Part shown: one piece after another, positions 25,886-38,081 of the stretch | How positions within the stretch are numbered: the first letter of the stretch is position 1 | Layout: each line of letters begins with the position of its first letter | Origin: Octopus sinensis | Lineage: Eukaryota | DNA length: 64,000 nt | Reading direction: 5' to 3' | Assembly (NCBI RefSeq): GCF_006345805.1 | Contig: NC_043012.1 | Coordinates: 38,874,001 to 38,938,000 of the forward strand | Program-made: the position numbers and the translations under genes | Notes under the pieces: model-generated | Told to the model about the DNA's origin: nothing | The model's input: the letters and a program-made list of their open reading frames with translations, nothing else | Databases searched by the model: none

Positions 25886-26340
25886 AAACACGATAATATT
25901 CAAATTATACAAAACTACTTCGATCTTAACAAATATCATCACCATAGAATTAACGTTCAATGTTTGAAAACCAGATCGATAATGAAAGTTTCAAACTACA
26001 GGATAGAAGGAGAATGTTAAAACGAGAACTACTGATCGGTTGCAATTGGCTTGCACGTCTCAATTTATATTTCAAAAGTACACCGATGGTAACTATTGAT
26101 ATAGACAGACGTATATAGAACTGGATTATTCCGAATCGTTGGTACAGAGGAAGAATGCCTCTCATTTGTTCTGCCTCTTTAGCGTTGTGTCTTCAAATCT
26201 TGCTGGGGTCAAGCTTGCTTGGTATACTTCCAAGGATCGAAAAAATATTGTGCAACACAAATGCTGGGACCGATAGTAATACTGACGCCATGCCCTCAAA
26301 ATTGCAGGGTTTGAGGCTAAATGAGAAATCACCATCATCA

Positions 26341-26405
<65 letters not shown>

Positions 26406-26509
26406 ATTATTATTAATATCATCATCATCAGTCTTTAAGTTTCAATCTGATAACGAAAAAGACAGAAAAAAGACAAAAGAAAAAAGGAAAGAAAAAGAAA
26501 AGGTAAACG

Positions 26510-26900
26510 AATATTTAATGAAACAGTTTGTAAATTTGATGAAATTCTCCCGTCGATTTATTCACTCCTCCATGGCGCCAGGTTAAAAACCCGCAAATAT
26601 ATTTCTCATGCATTTTTAGTATTGAGAGTGTAGCAGATTCAGAATATTTTCTGAGAATATGCACTTTCACTTCATTTTTCGAAATTGCAGCTGTTTGAAG
26701 CAAAATGTTCGGCAAGTTCTTTAGTAGTACTGTTATTGTGCCTGCCGTCACTTCTTCTCCCTTTAAACATTTCATTTAATTGTTCTGTTATACAACCAAC
26801 AGAAATCAAGTTGCCTTTTGTGCATTCTGCCGCACACACGACATGGGAATCTCTACATATCCCACCTTCTGTATAAATCAAGACATTTCTGTACGATTCC
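26510..26900 (-). pseudogene. Penelope-like element GIY-YIG endonuclease remnant
   Basis: The minus strand reads SHVVCAAECTKGNLISVGCITEQLNEMFKGRRSD...KELAEHFASNSCNF...KMHEKYIC...GVNKSTGEFHQIYKLF. This is the decayed pattern VxYxxxCxxC..YVGxT..LxxRxxxHRSD...HF...E..I..L.T..PxGLN. Confidence 0.65.
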
Positions 26901-27042
26901 TAATGTTATTCACTTGACTCATGTTGTTGTACAATAAACAGGGCTCACCTACTTTGCCCCCGTTTTTACAAGGCACAGCGTCCAGATATTCCAATGTTAG
27001 TGTTCTTGGAGTCAGAAACAGATGTCAATTGTCCTCTTATAA

Positions 27043-28082
27043 TTTTGTTCCGCCTAAAAGCTACAATAGGCAGCTGAGAAAATATCTGTTTGAAACGAGG
27101 GTATTTTTCTGCAACATGCTGATAACTTTCGGTGCCAATTAACCACTAAAGAATCGCTGGATGGATTCGGACCAAACTTTCAGAGATATTTGCTCTCGCA
27201 ACTGACACGAATTAATTAGGTTTTGGGATCGATTCGGTACCGGACAAGGATTCTGGATTATTTGTTACGTTGACTTTCTAGTTTTTCTCTGATTATCTCC
27301 CTTGAAAGCACTGAAGTTATGCCAGGGTTGCTCTTTCCAAAGTTTTGTTTTCGTTTCTCTATTATTGATTTTAGTCGCGTCTCTTTCTTAGTAGGCACTG
27401 ATGGATAAAGAAATCGAACTACATAAACAAACGGCAACAAAACCGTTCAGAAATTAAATAAAAGTAACATTGTAACAATAATAAATTTAATTTATCCTCG
27501 ACTATTTTTAGTTTTACCAATTTTGAATATATTGCTCCTGCTTAAAAGCTCTCTTCTACTTAAGAATTGCATTTCTAGCTCTGCCTTGAAGGAAGCTTTA
27601 CTTCTTGGACGCACGTTTTCTGCGCAACCATAATTGTTAAACCTCCATTAACAGCACCGTGTGCAGGCATTTTCTGTTTTCTTTCACGCACGGATACATT
27701 TTTCACTGTAGACCTTAATAGTCGTACGGACACTATTTCAGTGAATAGATTAAAAAAAGGCTTTCATAGAGAAAACTGTCCCTGTTCCCACGCAGACGAC
27801 GCACACGCATCATTATAAACACGGACCGCACACCAAGCTTCATATTCCATGACTACCATTGAGGGACGATCAGGTACTGGACAAGAATTCGGGATTATTC
27901 TTCCGTTTTTTTTCTTTTATATAATTTTTGGGAGCGGTCGGGTTCATTTTTAGTATTCTCGTTAGTGAGAGCAGTCGAGTTTATTGCAGATATTCTCATT
28001 TTAAAAATTATCTCCGGTTAGTCGTTAAGAGGATATTGGTGATGCCTTGGCGGAGGTTTGCGCTCTGTGAGCCCTCTTGGTG
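27043..28082 (+). mobile_element. Helentron/HINE-like non-autonomous rolling-circle element
   Basis: Sub-terminal inverted motif ttccgcctaa / ttggcggagg and a 3' end ggcggaggtttgcgctctgtgagccctcttgg that is typical of DINE-1/HINE-like elements. It is non-coding. Confidence 0.45.
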
Positions 28083-28186
28083 TTATTGTTTTGTGTCCTC
28101 GCTGTTTTTGCGTAAAATCCCCACTGTCCAGGTCTACTGTATTGTCCCCTATATGTTGTCCCTAATGGTCAATAAATGAAATAATG

Positions 28187-28246
<60 letters not shown>

Positions 28247-28312
28247 TTAATAATAATAATATTAATAATAATAATAATAATAGTAATAGTAATAATAATA
28301 ATGATAATAATA

Positions 28313-30791
28313 AAGTCTCCAGGAAAGGATAAAATTCCTAACTTCTGGCTGAATGCCTTCCCAGAGAGCCATGAACTGCTAACAGAACTGTACAATGATG
28401 TTCTGCAATACCCTAGTAGGATGCCTCCTTGGCTAGTTAATGGGTTAACATTCCTGCTTCCAAAAAGTGAAGAAACAAATGAACCAAAAAACTATAGACC
28501 CATAACCTGCTTAACAACTATGTACAAAACTCTAACATCTGTCCTGACGGAATATACCTATAGTTTTTTAACAGACAGCAGCATATTCCCTAATGAACAG
28601 AAAGGATGTAAACGTGGATCCTACGGCTGTAAAGACCAACTACTCATCAATAAGATGATCTTAGAAGATTGTCACAAACGACACAAAAACTTATCAATAG
28701 CCTGGATAGACTATAAAAAGGCTTTTGATAGCCTACCACATAGCTGGATTAGGAAATGCCTTGAAATGTATAAGATAGCACCAACTCTGCGAAACTTCTT
28801 GACTGTAAGTATGAGATCATGGAGAACCACGCTAACTCTGAACAGTGACAGTGAATCCCTAAATGCTGGTGATGTAAAAATTTCGTGTGGCATTTTCCAG
28901 GGTGACTCACTGTCACCACTCCTCTTTTGTTTATCCTTAATACCTCTCTCAAAGTTGCTCAATGACGCGCAGTACGGGTATAAAATGTTTGATAAAAATA
29001 TAAATCATCTCGTTTACATGGATGATTTAAAGCTTTTTGCAAAAAATGATCAACAACTCAAGGGCTTACTAGCGATAGTCAAACAATTCAGTGACGACAT
29101 CAGAATGCAATTCGGCCTCGATAAATGTGCAAAGGCTACCTTTATCAAAGGAAAAAGACAGAAACATCTAACGTTAACCTTGACCAACAGAATGTCATAA
29201 AAGAACTAGACCCAGCGGAGAGCTACAAGTACCTAGGGGTAATTGAAGGGAACGGAATAAGGCATTCAGAGATGAAGGAAAGGATCAGGAGAGAATGCTA
29301 TCGAAGAGTGAGAGCAATACTCAAGACAGAGGTGAATGCAAGAAACAGGATGAAGCAATCAATGCATTAGCTATACCAGTCGTGACTTACAGTTTCAATA
29401 TTGTTAACTGGTCAATTACTGAAATATGTCAGCTCGACAGAAAAATAAGGAAACTGTTGACAATGCATAGAATGCACCACCCTAAGGCAGATACAGAACG
29501 ACTCTATCTGCCAAGAAAAGAGGGAGGCCGTGGTCTTTTGCAACTGGCAATAACAATGAAGATTGCTACAATTGGCCTAGACACCTACCTGAAAAAACTC
29601 TGAGGACTGGATGTTAAAACTTGTCTCAAAACATGAAAACAAGAAAGCATCATACTCAGTAACAAAACAGGCAAAGGAATATCTAAGTGAATTCCGAATA
29701 CAACCAATTTCGGAATTAGAGATAGACATACAAGAAACAAGCACAGAAAAAGCTAGGCGCATGAAAACCCGTGCCAAAACTGCGGCCTTAGATATTCTGA
29801 ATAATAAATGGCAAGAAAAACCTCTCTACGGCAAATACCCAAAGAGAGCGAATAATGCAGATATCGACAAAGCCCTGACCCATCAATGGCTAATGGCCTC
29901 TGGCTTAAAATCTGAAACAGAGGGGTTTATCATAGCAGCTCAAGATCAATGCCTACCAACAAGAAACTACCAGGCCAACATATTAAAGATCAGAAGCAGT
30001 CCAACGTGTCGTGTATGCAAGCAACAAAATGAAACCATTGACCATGTGGTCTCCAAGTGCAGTCTTCTAGCGCCTACAGAGTATCTCAACAGGCACGATA
30101 GAGCTGCACAATATATTCACTGGGTAATCTGTAAAAACCTGGATTTGCCCCATGAGAAAAACTGGTGGGAACACAAACCACCCCCAGTGCTTGAAAATGA
30201 CCACATCTCACTCCTCTGGAACTTCACCATTCAAACTGACAGGAAGATAGATGCAAATAGGCCAGACATCATATTGAAAGACTTCAAACAAAGAACATGC
30301 CTCCTCATTGATATGACTGTCCCAATCGATATAAACGTATCTGTCAGGACCTACCAAAAACTGAGCAAATATAAAGATCTTGAAATAGAAATCAGCAAAA
30401 TGTGGAAGCTGAAGACTAAAACAATACCTGTTGTCATAGGTGCCCTGGGAATGATAGCAAAAGGGGCTGATAGCTACCTAACTCAGATACCAGGAAACCC
30501 AAAAATGGCAGAAGTTCAAAAGATAGTGCTCATGGGAACTGCTCATATCCTACGCAAAATACTCTCTATGTAACCTCAAGGTTTAAAACAACCATAATTT
30601 TCGGTTTTAAAAAAAAAAAAAAAAAAAAAAAATTTTTTTTTAGACATTCATTAGTACACACATCCCCCCCCCCCAAATATATGGCACACTAGGCATAACA
30701 ACAACATGAACTTCCAACCCTGTTGTCTCTTGAGGTCTCTGGGTGAGACTTGAGCCAACTTGTACAAATATAAAGCAAAAGTCAAACATAG
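28313..30791 (+). mobile_element. R4/Dong-type RLE non-LTR retrotransposon, 5'-truncated, nearly intact ORF
   Basis: RT motifs (KSPGKD, NYRPITCL, QGDSLSPLLF, YMDDLKLF), CCHC (CRVCKQQNETIDHVVSKC), RHD and RLE (RPDI..D..P..KLSKY) are present. The stop is at 30573 and there are only about three frame disruptions (near 29150, 29350, 29600). It is flanked by (TAA)n on both sides. Confidence 0.95.
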
Positions 30792-31766
30792 AATAATAAT
30801 AATAATAATAATTATTATTATTATTATTATTATTATTAATAATAAAATTATTACGTTATATAGCTGCGAGTAACAAGTCTTCTCCAATATGTCCCTCCCT
30901 CTCCCTCTCTGACTCACACACACACATATGCAGACACAGACATACACACGCGCGCACACAGACACACACAGACAAACACACACTCATACACACACACAAG
31001 AGCTTGGTTGAATGGCTAAGTTGTCGGCTTAGCAATCACAGTGGAGATCCGCTCATCCTGCATGCGGCATTGAGCTGGATTTTAACCCCATAAAACAGGG
31101 AACCATGCGACTCCTCTGAATTAAATTTTAAAAGAAAATAAAGTGGGAAACTGTCAAGAAGCCTATTCGGTGGATGTTCACTACAATTCTAAGATGCAGC
31201 CTCGTTACACACAGCATAGCGCCGAATCTCTATCATTATGCATATTTACTCAACGTTCGATTCTGTTCCTCTGTCGTTGAGCTTCGTGTTTCACTCATCC
31301 GTGGTTGATAAAATAATTACCAGCGTTTCACCAGAGTCGGTTCACTCAAGTGTGTCACATTTCCCCGATACATTTATCGTTATCAGCTTTAAAGTCATTA
31401 TGACATTTGGTCTCACTTTCATGTAACATTTAAATGCAAACCTTCCAATATTTCAGTTTCAGTCATAATTCCAATCCGAGTAAGATCCCAAACCCCCACC
31501 CCACCCCCTAAACATTACATAACTCGCCAAACTGGTGCCATATTCTTTGAATAATGATTTCTAACATTGGATTAATTGAAATAATTCTTGCCAATGAACC
31601 TCCTACGTCCTGGCTTCATCAAATCATAATGATTATCTTTTGATGATTAATGGACGTAATCAATATCGAATTGGAATTTACAAGAAATATTAATTATGAT
31701 ATTGAATTCTTCTACCCCACTCTAACTACACTTTCTCTCTCACCCTCTCACCCAGAATCTCAGAAC

Positions 31767-31808
<42 letters not shown>

Positions 31809-31854
31809 ACACATATATATATATATATATATATAATATATAATATAATGGATG

Positions 31855-32517
31855 GAATTGGCACACCATCGGTCACGACGACAAGAGTTCGGGCTGATCC
31901 GAAAGACGGAACAACTTGCCCGTGAAATTAACGTGCTGAGTATTCCAAAGACGGCCGTACTCTTGGCGTAGTACTCAGGGAGATTCAGTGTGATGCGCAA
32001 TATGATGTGGCTGGCCATATCTGAATTGCAACTACATCTCAATTTTGCCAGCTGAGTGGAGAGGAGAAAAATTAAATAAAGCGACTTGCTTAATGACACA
32101 ATGCCCCGCTGGATATCGAACTCACAACCTTACGATCGTGTGCCGAATACCTAAGCACTGAAACACGTACATGGCGCGCGCGCACGCACACAGTTTTATA
32201 TATATATATAATATATATATATATAATATATATATATATATATAATATATATACACACGCACACACACACAATTATACATATTTACTCACATAGGTATAT
32301 ATTATTTTCTACTCTAGACACAAGGCCCGAAATTTTTGGGGAGGGGGCCAGTCGATTAAATTCACCTCAGTACGCAACTGGTACTTAATTTATCGACCCC
32401 GAAAGGATGAAAGGCAAAGTCGACCTCGGTGAAATTTGAACTCAGAACGTAACGCCAGACGGAATACCGCTTATTATTTCGCCCGGCGTCCTGACGTTTC
32501 TGCTAGCTCGTCGTCTT
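31855..32517 (-). mobile_element. SINE fragments (family B tail, tRNA-Arg(ACG)-like head, family A copy at 32318-32517)
   Basis: Matches to the families described elsewhere in the window. Confidence 0.7.
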
Positions 32518-32963
32518 AAAGCCCACGTATATATACCGCATATATTTCTGTGTTTGTACGTTCATAAGCATCTATGTATAGTGTGCAGTTCAACTCGGTA
32601 AAGTGTGTGACAATATTTTGCGTTTCCTTGTTTCCAGCCTCGTACCATTCGCCATGTAGTTCTCCCCCATGATAACCTCTCACACTGACGAAGCCATACA
32701 CCAGATTGGCAAGACAAGACAAAGACGATTCTACATGTATTTCAACAGGCCGACAGTATTTCAACGTAGGCAGCGATAACAGCGCCCACCAGCATTACAA
32801 CTTCCGTTCCGTCTGTCCTGAAAAGCAAAAATTGCGATATTACAGTGGAGGAGATGTGGGCCTCTGCCCGCCTCCGTAAAGAAGCAAAGGGCTCTCCAAC
32901 GTGTGATTTAAATGGAGTATCCAGGGCCCTAATATACGAATACGCATATATACATATATACAT

Positions 32964-33026
<63 letters not shown>

Positions 33027-33027
<1 letters not shown>

Positions 33028-33395
33028 TAGCAGTATCGCCCGGCGTTGCTCAGGTTTGTAAGGGAAATAACTATAAAGCATTTTTAGAGAGTTATAGCCA
33101 AAAAAAATATCAAAAAAATGGAAAAAAATGATGGTAAATTTTTTTTGAGAGTGAAAACAGGTGGAGTTGCATTCCCTAGACAGTTTGCGGTTTGTGTTTC
33201 TGATTCTCGACCCCATGTCGAATTTATCGATTTTTTTCAGAATTGGGGGAACTTTTCAAACTTTTCGCTACGTTAGTTTTGAATTATGACATTGGGCTAT
33301 GTGTGTGTCAAGTTTCATCAGAATCGGTTGAAAGCCGTGGTCAGGGTGAGGGTACAAGCAAACAGACACACAGAAACACGCACAGACAAACTGCC

Positions 33396-33400
<5 letters not shown>
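33027..33400 (-). mobile_element. Non-autonomous Helitron-like element
   Basis: The minus strand ends with a GC-rich hairpin-like gagcaacgccgggcg followed by tgCTAG|T, and starts tatataaacggcagtttgtctg within (TA)n. A related 5' end occurs at 54098. Confidence 0.6.
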
Positions 33401-33477
<77 letters not shown>

Positions 33478-33494
33478 GTTTATATTTATATGGA

Positions 33495-33872
33495 AGCATT
33501 CCGTCGGTTACGACGACGAGGGTTCCGGTTGATCCGATCAATGGAACAGCCTGCTCGTGAAATTAACGTGTAAGTGGCTGGCTGAGCACTTCACAGACAC
33601 GTGTACCCTTAACGTAGTTCTCGGGGATATTCAGCGTGACACAGAGAGTGACAAGGCCGGCCCTTTGAAATACAGGTACAACAGAAACAGGAAGAGTGAG
33701 AGAAAGTTGTGGTGAAAGAGTACAGCCGGGATCACCACCATCCTCTGCCGGAGCCTCGTGGAGCTCTAAGTGTTTTCGCTCAATAAACACTCACAACGCC
33801 CAGTCTAGGAATCGAAACCGCGATCCTACGACCGCGAATCCGCTGCCCTAACCACTGGGTCATTGCGCCTCC
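33495..33872 (-). mobile_element. SINE family B, long-tail form
   Basis: Near-identical to 10957-11347. Confidence 0.88.
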
Positions 33873-34462
33873 ACTTATATTTATATATATGTGAGCTCAC
33901 ACGTGTATGGGACTTGTCGAAAGCCAGGGAAAGAATCTACTGTTTAATGAAGTTATCCCATTTTTAGACAATGGTGAAATAGAATAATCTCACGTGTGTA
34001 AGCTTTCTGATAATAAAAGTAAGGAGTCTATAGACGGCAACGACTGCGCTCGCATAGAAGTGTTTATATTTTTTTTTCTATGGAACAACTAAGCACCATT
34101 ACCTTGGACATTACAATAAATCACTCGTTAACCCCCCTTTCTCACACTTTGCCTTCCTTTTTCACTCTCTCGCTTTCTCTGTACACGCACAAACAAACAC
34201 ACGCTCTTATACACACACACACACACATAAAATTTAGAGGATTGACAACTAAAAGTGGACAGCCTGTATACTAGAAATAGACGTCAAAATCGCCATTTTC
34301 AACGGAGAATGTGCTCAATAGCTCTAAATTTTGTATGTAAAAAATTTTAATCTTCGGATTTTTTAAAATATACTAGACCACTGGTTGTAATTGATTAATA
34401 TCAATTTCTACCGTTATTTAATTTTATATATATATATACATATGTATATATATATACATATG

Positions 34463-34541
<79 letters not shown>

Positions 34542-34772
34542 GGCCAAGTGCAATATATATGCATGTGCATACGGGCATACACACATACATGTATACACTC
34601 GTCTACATGTATGCACACACGCATACACACATAAAGGGCATACTGTCCAAAGTTGACGGCAGGAAATGCTCAGAATATACATGTATTGGAGCTCCGAAAT
34701 TTTCATCGTAGACTAGGTCCATTCACCATATATACATGCATACAGATATATATAAATGTATGTAAATATGCT

Positions 34773-34809
<37 letters not shown>

Positions 34810-34925
34810 GTATACGCATATATATATATTTATAGATATATGTGTGTGTGCATATGCATGTATGCTTATATATAAATATATGTCTACATACATATATATG
34901 TATTTATATATATATGTTTATAAAG

Positions 34926-35368
34926 TGGTTCTATAATGTCAACATAATGTGACAGTCCCGTAAATGGAATTACACCACCACTATATAGCCCTAGGAAGCA
35001 TCGACGCTTCCAGTCGGCTTTCACACATTTCCATTTAAAAATTCAATATTTCTAATTACGGTGACCGGTGAATAAATTTCACAGTAAATCGATATTATCG
35101 CAAGGGCTTGGTAAGCGGGGACATTCTACCCTGGACTGATGACGGGCAAGACCCAGAAACATGCATGTCTTCAGGTTGCTAGTCCTAGCTGGTGGGGGTA
35201 CTTGCCTCTCATTTGCAAATATAAGGACACAGAAAATGTGTCAAAGCCGACAGGAAGCGTCGATGCTTCCTAGGGCTGTCACGTTATGTTGACTTTATAC
35301 AACCAATCTATCGCCCCAGCACCGCTCATGTCTCGTCGAGACATTTAGAACTTCAATATTTCTAACTA
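34926..35368 (+). mobile_element. Candidate retrozyme / non-autonomous PLE: inverted arm plus a 310-nt unit bounded by direct repeats, containing a hammerhead
   Basis: The inverted arm 34926-35030 pairs with 35234-35305. 27-nt direct repeats lie at 35032-35058 and 35342-35368 (24/27 identical). An HHR is at 35130-35175 and an 8-bp hairpin at 35328-35344. Confidence 0.7.
35130..35175 (+). ncRNA. Type I hammerhead ribozyme motif
   Basis: CCTGGA-CTGATGA-C-GGG(caaga)CCC-A-GAAA-CATGCATG-TC-TTCAGG. It has a 6-bp stem I, the canonical core, a palindromic stem III and GUC cleavage after 35169. Confidence 0.8.
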
Positions 35369-35503
35369 ATATGTTTATAAATTTTTATATATATCAAGCC
35401 TAATCGTCTTTATCTGCATTGATATCTTTATCTCTGTCCTTCCGTCTCCCTCTCTCTCTCTCTTTCTCTCTATGTCTCTGTATATATTATTATCATTATT
35501 ATT

Positions 35504-35547
<44 letters not shown>

Positions 35548-35644
35548 TAGAGATAGGTAGATATACACAAACATACATACATACATACATACAGCATATA
35601 TATATATATATATATGTACATACATACATACATATATATATATG

Positions 35645-35970
35645 CTGAGACCCCCTTTGGTCATGACTGACCATGAGATTGCACCAAGGAAGTTACACTC
35701 CCAGGCAAGGTTGCTTATGAAAGACCAGCAGTCGCCCATGCACAACGGCCTCCCCTCTCCATGCCACTGATGTTATCCAGAGGAAAGGCAAAGGCCGATA
35801 CGGCTTCGCACCTGTGACGTCGCAGCTCATTTCTACTGCTGAGTAAACTGGAGCAACGTCAAACAAAGTGTCTTGCTCAAGAACACAACACGCAGCCCAG
35901 TTCGGGATTCGAACTCACAACCCCACAATCGTAAGCTCGACTCTCTAACTACTGAGCCATGCGCCTTCAC
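35645..35970 (-). mobile_element. tRNA-Arg(ACG)-like-derived SINE family D
   Basis: Minus-strand head ggcgcatggctcagtagttagagagtcgagcttacgattgtggggttgtgagttcgaatccc, followed by gttcttgagcaagacacttt. Degenerate relatives are near 22035, 32080 and 42125. Confidence 0.8.
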
Positions 35971-36044
35971 TTATATGTGTGTGTGTGTGTGGTGTGTGTG
36001 TGTGTGCTCGTGTGTGCGTGCGCGCGTGTGTGTGTAGGTATTCG

Positions 36045-36235
36045 CCATGATAGGTCGCTAGCCACTATACTTTTCTCTATTTTCCCTCCCTGTTTATTTC
36101 TCTGTTCATTTCTGTCGAAGAGCGTAGGATCGAAACGTAAAGACTTCCTCGTTTCTCGAGCGTTAAACTAACACATCTGTTTGTTGTCTAAACACCCGAC
36201 TTCGCATGTTGTTTTTTTTGTAAATTCTCACTATA
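36045..36235 (+). mobile_element. Short PLE-derived element with a minimal HHR-like motif
   Basis: tttCTGTCGAA-GAGC(gtag)GATC-GAAACGTA-aaga at 36108-36143. The 3' end abuts a TA repeat and the element is homologous to the 3' end of the PLE at 38082-39003. Confidence 0.7.
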
Positions 36236-36630
36236 TAGATATATGTATGTATGTATGTATGTATTTATGTATGTATGTATGTATGTATGTATGTATGTGT
36301 GTGTGTGTGTATATTACAGTAACAGCGGAGGGAAAACGGTAGGTAGAGGCAATGGATTTCGCTATTTGTTTCGGGCTCAGAATTGTGATATTGCGCGATA
36401 TTGCATTGAGTTTATTTTAAGCTTGTTGTGTTGGATGTTAATTAACTGTTTACGTTAACGTCATTAAGTGGGAAGTAATGAGTCAGAGGACAAACAATGA
36501 AAGAATTGTTTAGAGCTGGGGACGCCAATATGTCTTTAGCCCTGGGTGCAGTGATCCTTTCATATACAATTGCGTTTAACTACAGGTATTCATACATAGG
36601 TACATAGATACACACACAAGTCCAATATGT

Positions 36631-36678
<48 letters not shown>

Positions 36679-36700
36679 GTATATATATACAAATATATTC

Positions 36701-36737
<37 letters not shown>

Positions 36738-36867
36738 GGGGGGGTATATATATATGTACATTCATACAAATACATATATATGCATACATATTAATGCATG
36801 TATATATATATATATGTATATGTATCTCTCTATCTCTCTCTATAAATATATACACATATATATATAT

Positions 36868-36899
<32 letters not shown>

Positions 36900-37603
36900 C
36901 GTGTGTATGTATATCAGTTTGTGTGTGGATTCGTTTATATCCTTATATGAGCAAACCTTGTTCTTCCTCACTCCTTCAAACGGCGGCTGAGAATACATTT
37001 ACAAATAGACATAGCAAAATGTTACATTACACTGCAGAAAACTAAACTGTCTTGGAAAAGAAGAGAATGCGAGTTGAAAATAAAAGCCCCGTATACCATT
37101 AGTCGATAAGACAACAGCTAACTTGCAGAGAACATATAGAAATCTGGAAGAAAAGTAGCAGATTAGTGGCGGAGTGTATATTAATAGCAAAATAAAACGC
37201 TAAGAATTAACACGGAGATAATATAGTTTGGTAACTAACAAAGAAAATGTTTCTGATTACCGCAAGAATGCTGGAGACAACGAAGAGAAAAATATCCCAG
37301 CCCAACGATAACGGCATCATTATTATCACAAACATCGTTCCCATGATTCCCGGCTGCACTTTAAAACGGTAATAACAAATAACGGCTAATAAACATTTCT
37401 TTAGAAGATAAGACCTGGAAATACAGACTAGAAACGACAATAGACGTAGGAAGAGAAGCATTGTTGTAAACAAAATGTATAGAAGACCAAGAGGGAAACA
37501 TGGAAGAAACATCCATAAATATAAAAGTGTAAAAGTAAAAAAGTAAGCTACTTTACGACAGACGCCGTTTCTTGAGTAAAAGATGTTTTAGAAGAGACCT
37601 ATT

Positions 37604-37647
<44 letters not shown>

Positions 37648-38032
37648 ATATACTGACACGCATTCACAAGCAAACAGACACACACACAAATACAACGCAG
37701 CGAAATTCAGAACTGGGAGAAATTTTTAGCTTTACAACACTGCATTATTATTTAATCCTTTAAGCTGGCGATCAATCAGAATCCTTAGTACGCCAGTCAA
37801 AATGCTTAGCAGTATTTCGTCCGTTCTTGTGTTCTGAGTTCATACACCGATACAGTCGACTTTGTCTCTCCTACTATCGGGGTCGCTGAATTAATTTTAG
37901 GTGAGTAGTCTACTGCTCCAAAATTTCAAAAGTTGTGCCTGCAGCAGAGATGATTATTATTTAATCTTCCAATCTGAAGTTATGCTTGATTTTACACACA
38001 CACACACACACACAACACACACACACACATAC

Positions 38033-38080
<48 letters not shown>

Positions 38081-38081
38081 C

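Noticed and set aside
34926-35368. Helentron/HINE interpretation (sub-terminal IRs plus terminal hairpin)
   Set aside because: The internal hammerhead, the direct-repeat-bounded unit and the variable fold-back point in the second copy fit PLE/retrozyme inversion better.
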